A stretch of 64,000 bases of DNA from a candidate division WOR-3 bacterium. Its GTDB lineage: Bacteria; Hydrothermota; Tepidihabitantia; Tepidihabitantales; CAIPLT01. Shown here piece after piece: positions 37,870 to 47,161 of this stretch. Made by a program: the position numbers and the translations under genes. The stretch covers positions 3,108 through 67,107 of the forward strand of contig CBFGJZ010000006.1 in assembly GCA_965649215.1 (NCBI GenBank), read 5' to 3'. The notes under the pieces were generated by a model. The model saw only the letters and a list, made by a program, of their open reading frames with translations. It had not been told where the DNA came from and made no database searches. Within the stretch, counting starts at the first letter, position 1. The number at the start of each line of letters is the position of its first letter.

Positions 37870-39708
37870 TTATTCTTGAAAATTAATAATTAATGTATAT
37901 ACACCATCTGACCATTTACTTTTAACTGGATAACCCATTTTATGAGTTAAACGATAAGCTGCAACATTCGTATCTAATACATATCCGATAAATCCTTTGA
38001 TTTGTTTCATTTTGGCAATTTTTATCAAATCTGCAAAAAGCACCGTTCCGATGCCTTTATTTTGCCATTCATCTGCTATTGCAAAAGCAAATTCAGCAAA
38101 ACCACTTGCTTTATCTAAACTATATCCGGCCATCCCGATAATTTTTTCTTCACCGGCTTGTTTTAACACTACTACTAATACTAATTCATTATCATAATCG
38201 ACATTAACGAATTTAGATAGCCGATCATGAGGTAAGGCATTAAGATAAGAAAAAAAGCGATAGTAAATAGTTTGGCTTGAAAACTTATAAAAAAGTTCTC
38301 TCACTAATGGTTCATCAGTCGGACGTACTGGCCGAATAAAGACTTTTAATCCATTTTTTGTTTCAGCCCATGTCTCGAGTTCTTCGGGATAACGAGCATG
38401 AACTAATGGTAATTCCGGCTGGTCTTGATAAACGTAATTTAATTCTTTTGCTTTCTTGAGTAGTTCAGCACGGAATTTGGGATGCGCAATCGATATCAAA
38501 GAAAGTGCTCGTTCCCGGATAGTTTTACCATAGAGATTAGCCACGCCCCATTCGGTTACAACATAATGAACATCACCTCTCGTTGTTACTACTCCAGCGC
38601 CTTCGGAAAGAGCTGGTACGATTCTTGATTTACTTTCATCTGAGCGAATTGATGGGACAACAATAATTGCTTTGCCATCTTTTGCTCGAGCTGCACCCCG
38701 TACAAAATCAAGTTGTCCCCCAATCCCCGAATAGAATTTATATCCGATTGAATCCGCACAAACTTGTCCAGTGAGATCTATTTCAATTGCGGAATTAATC
38801 GAAACCATTTTTTCATTTTGAGCAATTACAAAAGGATCGTTAGTATAACTTACGGGATGAAATTCAAAAAAGGGATTATTATCAAGATAGCGGTACAATC
38901 TTTTAGTACCCATTGCAAAAGCAGCTATACATTTACCTTTATGAAGCGATTTTTTTCGGTTGGTAATAACACCTTTATCAATTAAATCAATTAAATTATC
39001 AGAAAAGACTTCGGTATGAATACCGATATCTTTTTTATTCTCTAAGAAATCAAGTAGTGCGGTTGGTACACCCCCATAGCCAACTTGAATTGTTGAACCA
39101 TCTTCAATTAAATCAGATACATTTTTAGCAATGCGTTTAACGATTTCTGGTTGTGCTTTAACCGTATATTCAAGAATTGGTTCTTCTGAGTATACTACAT
39201 AATCAATTTCATTAAGATGAATAAATGAATCGCCAAGAGTTCTAGGCATATTTGGATTAATCTCGGCAATAACAATTCTTGCCGCTTCTGTCGCAGGTTT
39301 AGTAATATCTACAGAGATACCGTAACTACAATAACCATGTTCGTCAGGTAATGATACGGTTATCAACGCAACATCAATTGGCAATCTTCCTGATAAAAAT
39401 AACTTGGGAATTTCGGATAAGAATATCGGTGTATAATCAGCGCCACCTTGTTGAACTCGTTCTCGTAAATCTCTACCGATAAAAAAAGTATTGGTCCGAA
39501 ACTTATCTTTTAGAGTTTCTTGTGCATAATCAACAATACCCAGATTTAAAATTTGTGTTATTTCAACATCTTCGGCAGGTGCTAAAGTTAATGCTTTAAC
39601 CAAAGACTGTGGTGCTCCACAAGCCGAACCAATAAAAACGCGAAACCCAGATTTTATAGCTTTTACTGCTTGTTCAGGTTTAATTATTCTTTTTTTCCAA
39701 TCAATCAT
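37870..39708 (-). CDS. Bifunctional acetyl-CoA hydrolase/transferase-family protein fused to a C-terminal GNAT N-acetyltransferase domain
   Basis: N-terminal ~430 aa with CoA-transferase family I features; C-terminal ~170 aa with GNAT motif A (QNKGIGTVLF). Confidence 0.7.
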   Translation of the reverse strand: MIDWKKRIIKPEQAVKAIKSGFRVFIGSACGAPQSLVKALTLAPAEDVEITQILNLGIVDYAQETLKDKFRTNTFFIGRDLRERVQQGGADYTPIFLSEIPKLFLSGRLPIDVALITVSLPDEHGYCSYGISVDITKPATEAARIVIAEINPNMPRTLGDSFIHLNEIDYVVYSEEPILEYTVKAQPEIVKRIAKNVSDLIEDGSTIQVGYGGVPTALLDFLENKKDIGIHTEVFSDNLIDLIDKGVITNRKKSLHKGKCIAAFAMGTKRLYRYLDNNPFFEFHPVSYTNDPFVIAQNEKMVSINSAIEIDLTGQVCADSIGYKFYSGIGGQLDFVRGAARAKDGKAIIVVPSIRSDESKSRIVPALSEGAGVVTTRGDVHYVVTEWGVANLYGKTIRERALSLISIAHPKFRAELLKKAKELNYVYQDQPELPLVHARYPEELETWAETKNGLKVFIRPVRPTDEPLVRELFYKFSSQTIYYRFFSYLNALPHDRLSKFVNVDYDNELVLVVVLKQAGEEKIIGMAGYSLDKASGFAEFAFAIADEWQNKGIGTVLFADLIKIAKMKQIKGFIGYVLDTNVAAYRLTHKMGYPVKSKWSDGVYTLIINFQE

Positions 39709-39866
39709 ATTACCTTCTTTTAAATTACATCAAAATAACCATGCTTACTAAGTAAGTATAAAATATTATTTTATGTTACATTAATTAAAGTAAGTATAAA
39801 TTATAATTTAGTATTTGTCAATAATAGTTCTTGACTTAAGTATAATATTAAGTAAAATTAACAACT

Positions 39867-40658
39867 ATGAAATTAAATAATAAACAAATTTTAGACGAAA
39901 CTATTATAACCAAGGCAATTATTGATTGTTATTTAAGGGAGTTTATTGATAATTTATCAGTCGATGTTATTATTGCTGGTGCCGGTCCTTCAGGATTAAC
40001 TGCGGCATATTATTTAGCTAAAAATGGAGTAAAAACAATTGTCTTTGAAAAAACACTTAGACCTGGTGGTGGTATTGCTGGTGGTGGTATGATGTTTAAT
40101 AAAATTGTTGTTCAAGAAAGTTGTTTAGCTATTTTAAAAGAATTAGATATTAGTTATCAGCGGTATCAAAAGAATTATTATGTTGCTGAAGCTTTAGAAG
40201 CATTAGGGCAACTTTTAGCCAAAACGATCAAAAAAGGTGTCAAATTATATAATGCAATAACCGTTGAAGATGTTATGATTCGCGCCGAACATATTACTGG
40301 CGTTGTCATTAACTGGAGTGCCGTGATAACCGCACAATTACACGTTGACCCATTAACCATAAAGAGTAATTTTGTGATTGATGCCACAGGTCATGCTGCT
40401 GAAATAGTAAGAATTGTTGAAAAGAAAATTGGCGCCACACTCTATACTGAAACTGGGTATGTTATCGGTGAAAAACCAATGTGGGCTGATGTTGGCGAAC
40501 AACTAATTATGAATAATACCAAAGAAGTATATCATAATCTATATGTCACTGGTATGGCAGCAAATGCAGTTTTCGGTGCTCCGCGCATGGGACCAATCTT
40601 TGGCGGTATGTTTTTATCTGGCAAAAAAGTAGCAGAATTAATTCTAAAAAAACTGTAA
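39867..40658 (+). CDS. thi4: Thi4-family thiazole synthase (ribose-1,5-bisphosphate isomerase-like)
   Basis: FAD/NAD Rossmann (VIIAGAGPSGLTAAYYLA) and Thi4 family motifs; 263 aa. Confidence 0.75.
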   Translation: MKLNNKQILDETIITKAIIDCYLREFIDNLSVDVIIAGAGPSGLTAAYYLAKNGVKTIVFEKTLRPGGGIAGGGMMFNKIVVQESCLAILKELDISYQRYQKNYYVAEALEALGQLLAKTIKKGVKLYNAITVEDVMIRAEHITGVVINWSAVITAQLHVDPLTIKSNFVIDATGHAAEIVRIVEKKIGATLYTETGYVIGEKPMWADVGEQLIMNNTKEVYHNLYVTGMAANAVFGAPRMGPIFGGMFLSGKKVAELILKKL

Positions 40659-41141
40659 TCGCTGTTTAAGCCGTGATTATCTGTGGCAAAAACAAAAATA
40701 TTATCTAAACCATAATTTTAACAATTAACAATATAACTTTATTAAATAAGTATTATTTGCGTGTATGATAATTTTATTTTTAAATAGAATAAAAAATAAA
40801 TATATATTAGATATAACATACTAAATTTCAAATAGATAAACCACTTTCGCTTAAAGTATGAGTATAGTGCCCTCGTAAGTCTATTTATATTCGATTGAAT
40901 TCAATTTATAAAGCTACTTGGCGACTAAACGAATTATCTTTTCATCATTTACAATATCAATATCTTAATAACTTAATCAATTCTCACGTTTGTATTTTTT
41001 CTTCTTGATAGTCTTTATTTTAATTTTTTAATATACTTCAGAATTAAAACACTTAATTATATGTCTTATTATTAATGGATCAATATAATAATTTACTTAC
41101 CTTTATATATCAGATATAGAGAACTTTGGAAATTAGAGATT

Positions 41142-43502
41142 TTACTTTTTTATCTTTTTTGAATTGAATATAACTGAGTGTACATCTTTTATGGTTTTGA
41201 CAAACTTAAAGACTAACCGTTTTTTAACTTTATCTGGTATTTCAATTAAATCTTTTTTATTTTCACTGGGCATAATTACAGTTTTGATTCCTGCCCGATT
41301 GGCCGCAATAATTTTTTCTTTAATACCACCAACTGGTAGTACACGCCCTGTTAAAGTGATTTCACCTGTCATTGCGATACGAGGATTTAGTGGTTTATTC
41401 TTTAAAAGAGATAGAAGTGCTGCCGAAATTGCAACGCCTGCTGATGGACCATCTTTAGGTGTTGCTCCCGCAGGAATATGAATATGGACATCAGAATTAG
41501 TAAAGAAATTTTCATCGATTCCAAATTCTTTACTATGGCTACGAATATAAGACAACGCAGCTTGAGCTGATTCTTTCATTACATCGCCCAATGAACCAGT
41601 TAGTAAAAGACCTTTTTGTCCTTTCATCTTTGTTGCTTCAATAAATAAGATTTCGCCGCCAAATGGAGTTACAGCCAAACCTGTAGAAACACCGATTGTT
41701 CCTTGCCGCGACGCAACTTCAGAAATATATTTAACAGGACCTAAATATTTATTTAAATTTTTATCAGTGATTACAACCTTCCTTTTATCCCCTTCAGCAT
41801 AGGCTCGGGCGACTTTTCTGATAATCGAACCAATTTCTCTTTCTAAATTTCTTACGCCAGCTTCTCGGGTATATTCACGAATTATCTTTTGAATAGCTTT
41901 GTCCGTAAAACTTATATTTTTTTCTGTTAGACCGGCTTCCTTTAATTGTCTGGCAATTAAGAATTTCTTAGCAATCAACAATTTTTCATCATCAATATAA
42001 CCAGGTATTTCAATAATTTCCATACGATCCCGTAAGGCAGGGATAATTGTATCAGTCATATTTGCAGTAGTTATAAACATAACTTTAGATAAGTCAAATG
42101 GTACTTCTAAATAATGGTCTGAAAAAGAAAAATTTTGTTCTGGGTCTAATACTTCTAATAATGCTGAAGATGGATCTCCTCGAAAATCACTACCCACTTT
42201 ATCAATTTCATCCAGCATAAAAACAGGATTATTTGTTCCAGCATTACGAATTCCCTGGATAATGCGACCTGGTAGAGCACCAACATATGTTCGTCGATGA
42301 CCACGAATTTCCGCTTCATCACGAATACCACCTAATGAAAAACGCACAAATTTTCGTCCCATTGCACGAGCAATTGAACGACCTAAACTTGTTTTGCCAA
42401 CCCCTGGTGGCCCAACAAAACACAAAATCGGACCCTTTGAATCTTTACGTAATTTTTTAACTGCTAAATATTCTAAAATTCGTTCTTTTACTTTAGTTAA
42501 ATTATAATGATCTTCATCTAAAATTATCTTTACATTTTTAATATCTAAATTATCTTCTGAGCTAACTGACCACGGGAGATTAATGAGCCAATCAATGTAA
42601 GTTCGAACAACGATATATTCCGCTACTTGTGGAGACATTCGAGAAAGTCGAGAAATCTCTTTCATAGTAATCTCATAAACATTTTGCGGCATGTTGGCTT
42701 TCGTTGCTTTTTCTTTGAGCTCATTAATTTCTTTAGTCAAATCATCACTCTCACCTAATTCTTTTTGAATTGCTTTAAGTTGTTCTCGTAATACATAATC
42801 ACGTTGATTTTTATCAATTTCGCCTTTTACTTGTTCACGTATTTTTTCACTTAATTCTAAAATTGCAATTTCTTTATTCATTAGTGGAACTAATTGGGAT
42901 AAACGTTCAATTGGATCCACTATTTCTAATAATTTTTGCTTTTCTTCAAGTGAAATATTTAGATAATTCGCAATAAAATCAGCAAGTTTTGACGGTGATT
43001 CTATATTCAGAATAACCGTAGTTAGTTCATCAGGAATATATTGAGCTAACTCAGCTAATTTCTGGAACATATTTACAATATTACGCATGAGGGCTTCAGT
43101 TGAAATATCTTTAACTTCTGATTCATTAATTGTGGTTATAACTGCTTTTAAATAAGGTTCAGTCTGAACATAATTTTCTATCCGAGCACGTTTAATACCT
43201 TGTAACAGAATTCGCATAGTCCCATCAGGAAAACGAAACATTTTAATAATATAAGAGACAGTTCCTACCGTATAAAGATCGGTTGGTCCTGCTTCTTCGA
43301 TATCTTGATTTTTCTGCATAACAGCACAAACGATTTTATTTCCAATCAACGCATCATCAACTAATTTTGATGCCCGTGATGTCGAAACTATTAATGGGGT
43401 TATAACACCAGGAAAGATAATTCCGCCTCTTATCGCTAAAACGGGTAATTGATCAGGAATGTTTAAACTTTTCTGTTCTTCGTCTAATTTAACTTCGGGC
43501 AT
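41142..43502 (-). CDS. lon: ATP-dependent Lon protease (endopeptidase La)
   Basis: LON N-domain, Walker A GPPGVGKTS, catalytic-Ser region (PKDGPSAGVAISAALLS); 786 aa. Confidence 0.9.
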   Translation of the reverse strand: MPEVKLDEEQKSLNIPDQLPVLAIRGGIIFPGVITPLIVSTSRASKLVDDALIGNKIVCAVMQKNQDIEEAGPTDLYTVGTVSYIIKMFRFPDGTMRILLQGIKRARIENYVQTEPYLKAVITTINESEVKDISTEALMRNIVNMFQKLAELAQYIPDELTTVILNIESPSKLADFIANYLNISLEEKQKLLEIVDPIERLSQLVPLMNKEIAILELSEKIREQVKGEIDKNQRDYVLREQLKAIQKELGESDDLTKEINELKEKATKANMPQNVYEITMKEISRLSRMSPQVAEYIVVRTYIDWLINLPWSVSSEDNLDIKNVKIILDEDHYNLTKVKERILEYLAVKKLRKDSKGPILCFVGPPGVGKTSLGRSIARAMGRKFVRFSLGGIRDEAEIRGHRRTYVGALPGRIIQGIRNAGTNNPVFMLDEIDKVGSDFRGDPSSALLEVLDPEQNFSFSDHYLEVPFDLSKVMFITTANMTDTIIPALRDRMEIIEIPGYIDDEKLLIAKKFLIARQLKEAGLTEKNISFTDKAIQKIIREYTREAGVRNLEREIGSIIRKVARAYAEGDKRKVVITDKNLNKYLGPVKYISEVASRQGTIGVSTGLAVTPFGGEILFIEATKMKGQKGLLLTGSLGDVMKESAQAALSYIRSHSKEFGIDENFFTNSDVHIHIPAGATPKDGPSAGVAISAALLSLLKNKPLNPRIAMTGEITLTGRVLPVGGIKEKIIAANRAGIKTVIMPSENKKDLIEIPDKVKKRLVFKFVKTIKDVHSVIFNSKKIKK

Positions 43503-43508
43503 TTTCTT

Positions 43509-43940
43509 TTATTCAATCTTTAAGATTTTTATATTCTTTTTATCTTTATTAAATGACAAAGTTAAAATTCCATTTTTAAGATTTATCATGACTGACTTCG
43601 TGGATATTCGAAATGGTAAAAACAAACGTCGTTTAAAATGTCCATACGGGATTTCCATGTTATAAAAGGTTACACCGGCTCGAAGAATTTCAGGATCTCG
43701 CCTGATACCTTTAACTATAACCATATTGGGACCAATTGCAATTGATAAATCTTTTTTTTCAACACCCGGTAGTTCCATAATTAAAAATATCTTGTCATCA
43801 AATTCAAATATATCAACCGCAGGTTCGTAATATGTCTGATTAGAAATTATTTCACATTCTTCGTTAAAAATTTCATCAATAAAACCTGAAACATCATCAA
43901 AGAACTTTATTATACTTTTAAATGATGCTCTACTCTTCAC
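43509..43940 (-). CDS. Hsp20/alpha-crystallin family protein
   Basis: Alpha-crystallin domain-like segment (…IFLIMELPGVEKKDLSIA…); immediately upstream of lon in the same orientation. Confidence 0.65.
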   Translation of the reverse strand: MKSRASFKSIIKFFDDVSGFIDEIFNEECEIISNQTYYEPAVDIFEFDDKIFLIMELPGVEKKDLSIAIGPNMVIVKGIRRDPEILRAGVTFYNMEIPYGHFKRRLFLPFRISTKSVMINLKNGILTLSFNKDKKNIKILKIE

Positions 43941-43962
43941 TTTAAATTATTAGACTCAATAT

Positions 43963-44784
43963 TTACTTTTCAGATTCAATAATAGCTTTATCATATCGTT
44001 TAATAAGTTGAGCTTTGCCCGTTGACTGGTCAATCGAAAGAATTACCCCTTGCAGATGAATGTTTTTATTCGCCGGTTCTAGTTTTAAAGGAATATTATA
44101 CATTATTTTTTTAATAGATAAATCAATTCGCATACCTAATACTGAGTCCATGGCACCACACATCCCCATATCTGTAATATAAGCAGTGCCATTGGGTAAA
44201 ATTCGTTCATCTGCCGTTTGCACATGAGTATGAGTTCCAACTACAGCCGATACACTACCATCTAAAAACCACCCTAAAGCTTGTTTTTCAGCAGTTGCTT
44301 CAGCATGAAAATCAATTATAATATTTGGAGTTTGCGTAATAATTTCATTTAGTAAATTATGTACTGCTCTAAAAGGACAATCGATTGGTTTTAGATAAAC
44401 CCTTCCTAACAGACTAATAACTGCGATTTTAGTATTATTTTTGGTATAAATATAAGATCCAATACCAGGTACTTCGTTAGGGAAATTAACAGGTCTTAAA
44501 ATACGATTATCTGAAATTAACATTGTAACGATATCTTTTCGATCCAAAAAATGATCGCCTAAAGTTATACAATCAATACCTGCTGAAAAAAGTTCATTGG
44601 CAAGTTTTGGCGTGATTCCATATCCATTAGCAACATTTTCAGCTTCCGCAATAGTAAAAAAAATATTCTCTTCTTGTTGAATTTTAGGCAGGTATTTAAT
44701 TACTGCTTCTCGCCCACTTACAGAACATATATCGCCTAATAATAGAATATTTATTGAATTACTGATTTCTATTTGTTCGTTCAA
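43963..44784 (-). CDS. ymdB: YmdB-like TIGR00282 metallophosphoesterase (2',3'-cyclic nucleotide phosphodiesterase)
   Basis: Calcineurin-like motifs (LLGDICS; GDH; GTHTHVQTAD); conserved rny-ymdB gene order. Confidence 0.7.
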   Translation of the reverse strand: MNEQIEISNSINILLLGDICSVSGREAVIKYLPKIQQEENIFFTIAEAENVANGYGITPKLANELFSAGIDCITLGDHFLDRKDIVTMLISDNRILRPVNFPNEVPGIGSYIYTKNNTKIAVISLLGRVYLKPIDCPFRAVHNLLNEIITQTPNIIIDFHAEATAEKQALGWFLDGSVSAVVGTHTHVQTADERILPNGTAYITDMGMCGAMDSVLGMRIDLSIKKIMYNIPLKLEPANKNIHLQGVILSIDQSTGKAQLIKRYDKAIIESEK

Positions 44785-44804
44785 TTTTGTTTTCCAATTA
44801 TAAA

Positions 44805-46373
44805 TTATTTTGCATATTCAATGGCTCGAATTTCACGAATAACAACAACTTTAATCTGTCCGGGATATTTCAATTCAGTCTGTATTTGCTGCGAAATTTT
44901 ACGAGATAACTCTTCAGCCTGAGCATCTGAAATTTTCTCGGGTTTTACCATAACGCGAATCTCCCGACCGGCTTGAATCGCAAAGGCTTTTTCTACGCCA
45001 TCAAATGAAACGGCAATATTTTCAAGTGCTTGTAAACGATTTATATACGATTCAAAATTATCTCTTCGCGCACCAGCTCGAGAACCCGATATTGCATCAG
45101 CTGCAGCGGTTAAGAAAGCGTACGGCGACCGTGGTTCCACTTCTTCATGATGGGCAGCAATGGCATTTACAATAATTTCGTTTTCACCATAACGTTCAGC
45201 TAAATCAGCACCGATTTTAGCATGAGGACCTTCAAAATGAATATCTGCTGCCTTACCAATATCATGAAGTAATCCCGCTCGTTTTGCCATCATTGGATCA
45301 AGATTTAATTCTTGTGCCATTGCGTTTGCTAATATCGCAACTTCTTTAGAATGTAATAAAACATTTTGTCCATAACTGGTTCGATATTTGAGTCGACCTA
45401 AATGTTTTATAAGTTCAGGGTCAATATTACTAATTCCGAATTCAAGAACTGTTGTTTCCCCGATATTCATAATGATACTTTCCATTTCATTCTTTGTTTT
45501 TTCAACAATCTCTTCAATTCGAGTTTGATGAATTCTACCATCCGCAATTAACTTTTCCATAGCTAATCGAGCAATTTCTCTACGAATTGGATCAAACGCG
45601 GATAAGATTATAGCATTTGGTGTGTCATCTATAATTACTTCAACACCAGTTAGTGTTTCAAACGCACGTATATTCCGTCCTTCCCGACCAATTATTCGGC
45701 CCTTCAACTCATCAGAAGGAATATTAATAACTGATATTGTCGTATCAGAAACTTGTGAAAGAGCACACCTTTGTATTGCATTCAAAATAATCTCCATAGC
45801 TTGTTTATCGGCTTCACGTTTTGCTTTTTCACGAATATCTCGGATCATTTGAGCAGCTTCTAATTGTACTTGAGCTTCTAGATTCTGCAGTAATTCTTTC
45901 TTCGCATCTTGGATACCCAAATTTGCAATACGTTCTAACCGTTGGTTCTGCATATTAATCAACTGGTCTAATCTTTCAGTCTTCGCTTTAATTATTTTCT
46001 CTTTCGTTGTAATTTCTCGTTGATTTTTAAGTAACTCGCTTTCCCGAGTTGCTAAATTAATATCCTTGATATTTAGTAATTCCTCTTTCTCACGAAGTCG
46101 TTTTTCAAGTTTTTCTAGATCTTTTTTAGTTTCCAATAATTGTTGTTCTAATTTTATTTTTTCTTGATGTATTTTTTCGTTAACTTCCAGCTGGGCTTGT
46201 CGTTTAATATTTTCCGCTTCCGTTTTTGCATCTTCAATAATTCTAAATGCCGAACGACGTGTTGTGTTAAGATAATTTTTATTTATTATCCGAATAATAA
46301 AATATGCTAAAAGTATGCAAATAAATAATAATAATACAGGCATTATAAACTTTAAAATTTCAAAAGATAACAT
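44805..46373 (-). CDS. rny: Ribonuclease Y (ORF track starts at TTG 46388; the ATG at 46373 is preceded by a GGGGGGAAG RBS)
   Basis: N-terminal TM + coiled coil, KH domain, HD domain (HSKEVA…LLHDIGKA); 522-527 aa. Confidence 0.85.
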   Translation of the reverse strand: MLSFEILKFIMPVLLLFICILLAYFIIRIINKNYLNTTRRSAFRIIEDAKTEAENIKRQAQLEVNEKIHQEKIKLEQQLLETKKDLEKLEKRLREKEELLNIKDINLATRESELLKNQREITTKEKIIKAKTERLDQLINMQNQRLERIANLGIQDAKKELLQNLEAQVQLEAAQMIRDIREKAKREADKQAMEIILNAIQRCALSQVSDTTISVINIPSDELKGRIIGREGRNIRAFETLTGVEVIIDDTPNAIILSAFDPIRREIARLAMEKLIADGRIHQTRIEEIVEKTKNEMESIIMNIGETTVLEFGISNIDPELIKHLGRLKYRTSYGQNVLLHSKEVAILANAMAQELNLDPMMAKRAGLLHDIGKAADIHFEGPHAKIGADLAERYGENEIIVNAIAAHHEEVEPRSPYAFLTAAADAISGSRAGARRDNFESYINRLQALENIAVSFDGVEKAFAIQAGREIRVMVKPEKISDAQAEELSRKISQQIQTELKYPGQIKVVVIREIRAIEYAK

Positions 46374-46389
46374 AATTCTTCCCCCCAAT

Positions 46390-46643
46390 TTTAATATCCT
46401 AAGACTTTTAAATAATAAAAATCCCCGCTACAATTCGTGTAAGCAGGAGTCTTTGAACCCTAAAAACAAGTGGGCGTCATCGCTAATATTTTCTGTACGC
46501 AATAAAAGCTTACATCGACATCAGCATCAGACACCCAAACAATGGGTGTTAGCTCAAGACTTCATGGCTTATCACGAAGCGAGCAGGGAGTTAATCTCTA
46601 ATTCAAATAACAATTTACAAAAAGGTATTACTGTTATTTGAAT
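46390..46643 (-). ncRNA. Candidate structured non-coding RNA or leader in a GC-enriched intergenic region between zapA and rny (6S-RNA-like position by analogy with zapA-ssrS synteny; unverified)
   Basis: Local GC is clearly above the AT-rich intergenic norm. A 9-bp perfect hairpin lies at 46602-46638 (caaataaca…tgttatttg). No ORF is present. Confidence 0.25.
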
Positions 46644-46910
46644 CTAAACAATTCTTTCCAATTTTTCAATGAGCAAACCGATACGACGATTTATTTGATC
46701 ACTTTCATTCTCTTGAGCAGTTAAAAAATCATCAACTAAATTTATACATGATACAATTGCAGTTTTTGCTAAAGAACCTTGTGGATATTGTGTATTTATC
46801 ATTTTCATTTTTTCATCAACAATTTTTCCAATTTTATAAATATAATCACCGTTACGATCGGTTTTTATTTTGTATTCACTACCAAAAACATTTAAACTGT
46901 AAGTTTTCAT
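46644..46910 (-). CDS. zapA: Cell-division protein ZapA
   Basis: 88 aa, ZapA family pattern (…V.I.G..Y.I……L…A..VD……). Confidence 0.6.
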   Translation of the reverse strand: MKTYSLNVFGSEYKIKTDRNGDYIYKIGKIVDEKMKMINTQYPQGSLAKTAIVSCINLVDDFLTAQENESDQINRRIGLLIEKLERIV

Positions 46911-46933
46911 ACAACTCCCTACTAAAATATATC

Positions 46934-47122
46934 TTATAACATTTTAGATAAATTGTCAAGCATAATATTAATTTTTTCAATTAATTGGTTATCGCGATGT
47001 TTCAAGGACTCAAGGATATTTTTCAGACATCTGTTCTCTTCTTGTAAAACATTAATCAGATTTATTGCTTTATCAATTTTATCTTCTAAGTATCTTAAAT
47101 TAGCATCAACTTTTTCGTTCAT
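46934..47122 (-). CDS. Small coiled-coil protein, ZapB-like (cell-division associated)
   Basis: 62 aa, continuous heptad coiled coil, immediately upstream of zapA. Confidence 0.45.
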   Translation of the reverse strand: MNEKVDANLRYLEDKIDKAINLINVLQEENRCLKNILESLKHRDNQLIEKINIMLDNLSKML

Positions 47123-47161
47123 AAAATATAATTTACGACTTTTTTGAATTTTTCTTCAAAT

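Noticed and set aside
39709-39866. Expected TPP (THI-box) riboswitch upstream of thi4
   Set aside because: No THI-box consensus elements (for example CUGAGA…ACCUGAUCUGGAUAAUGCCAGCG-like segments) were visible in the 158-nt AT-rich leader.
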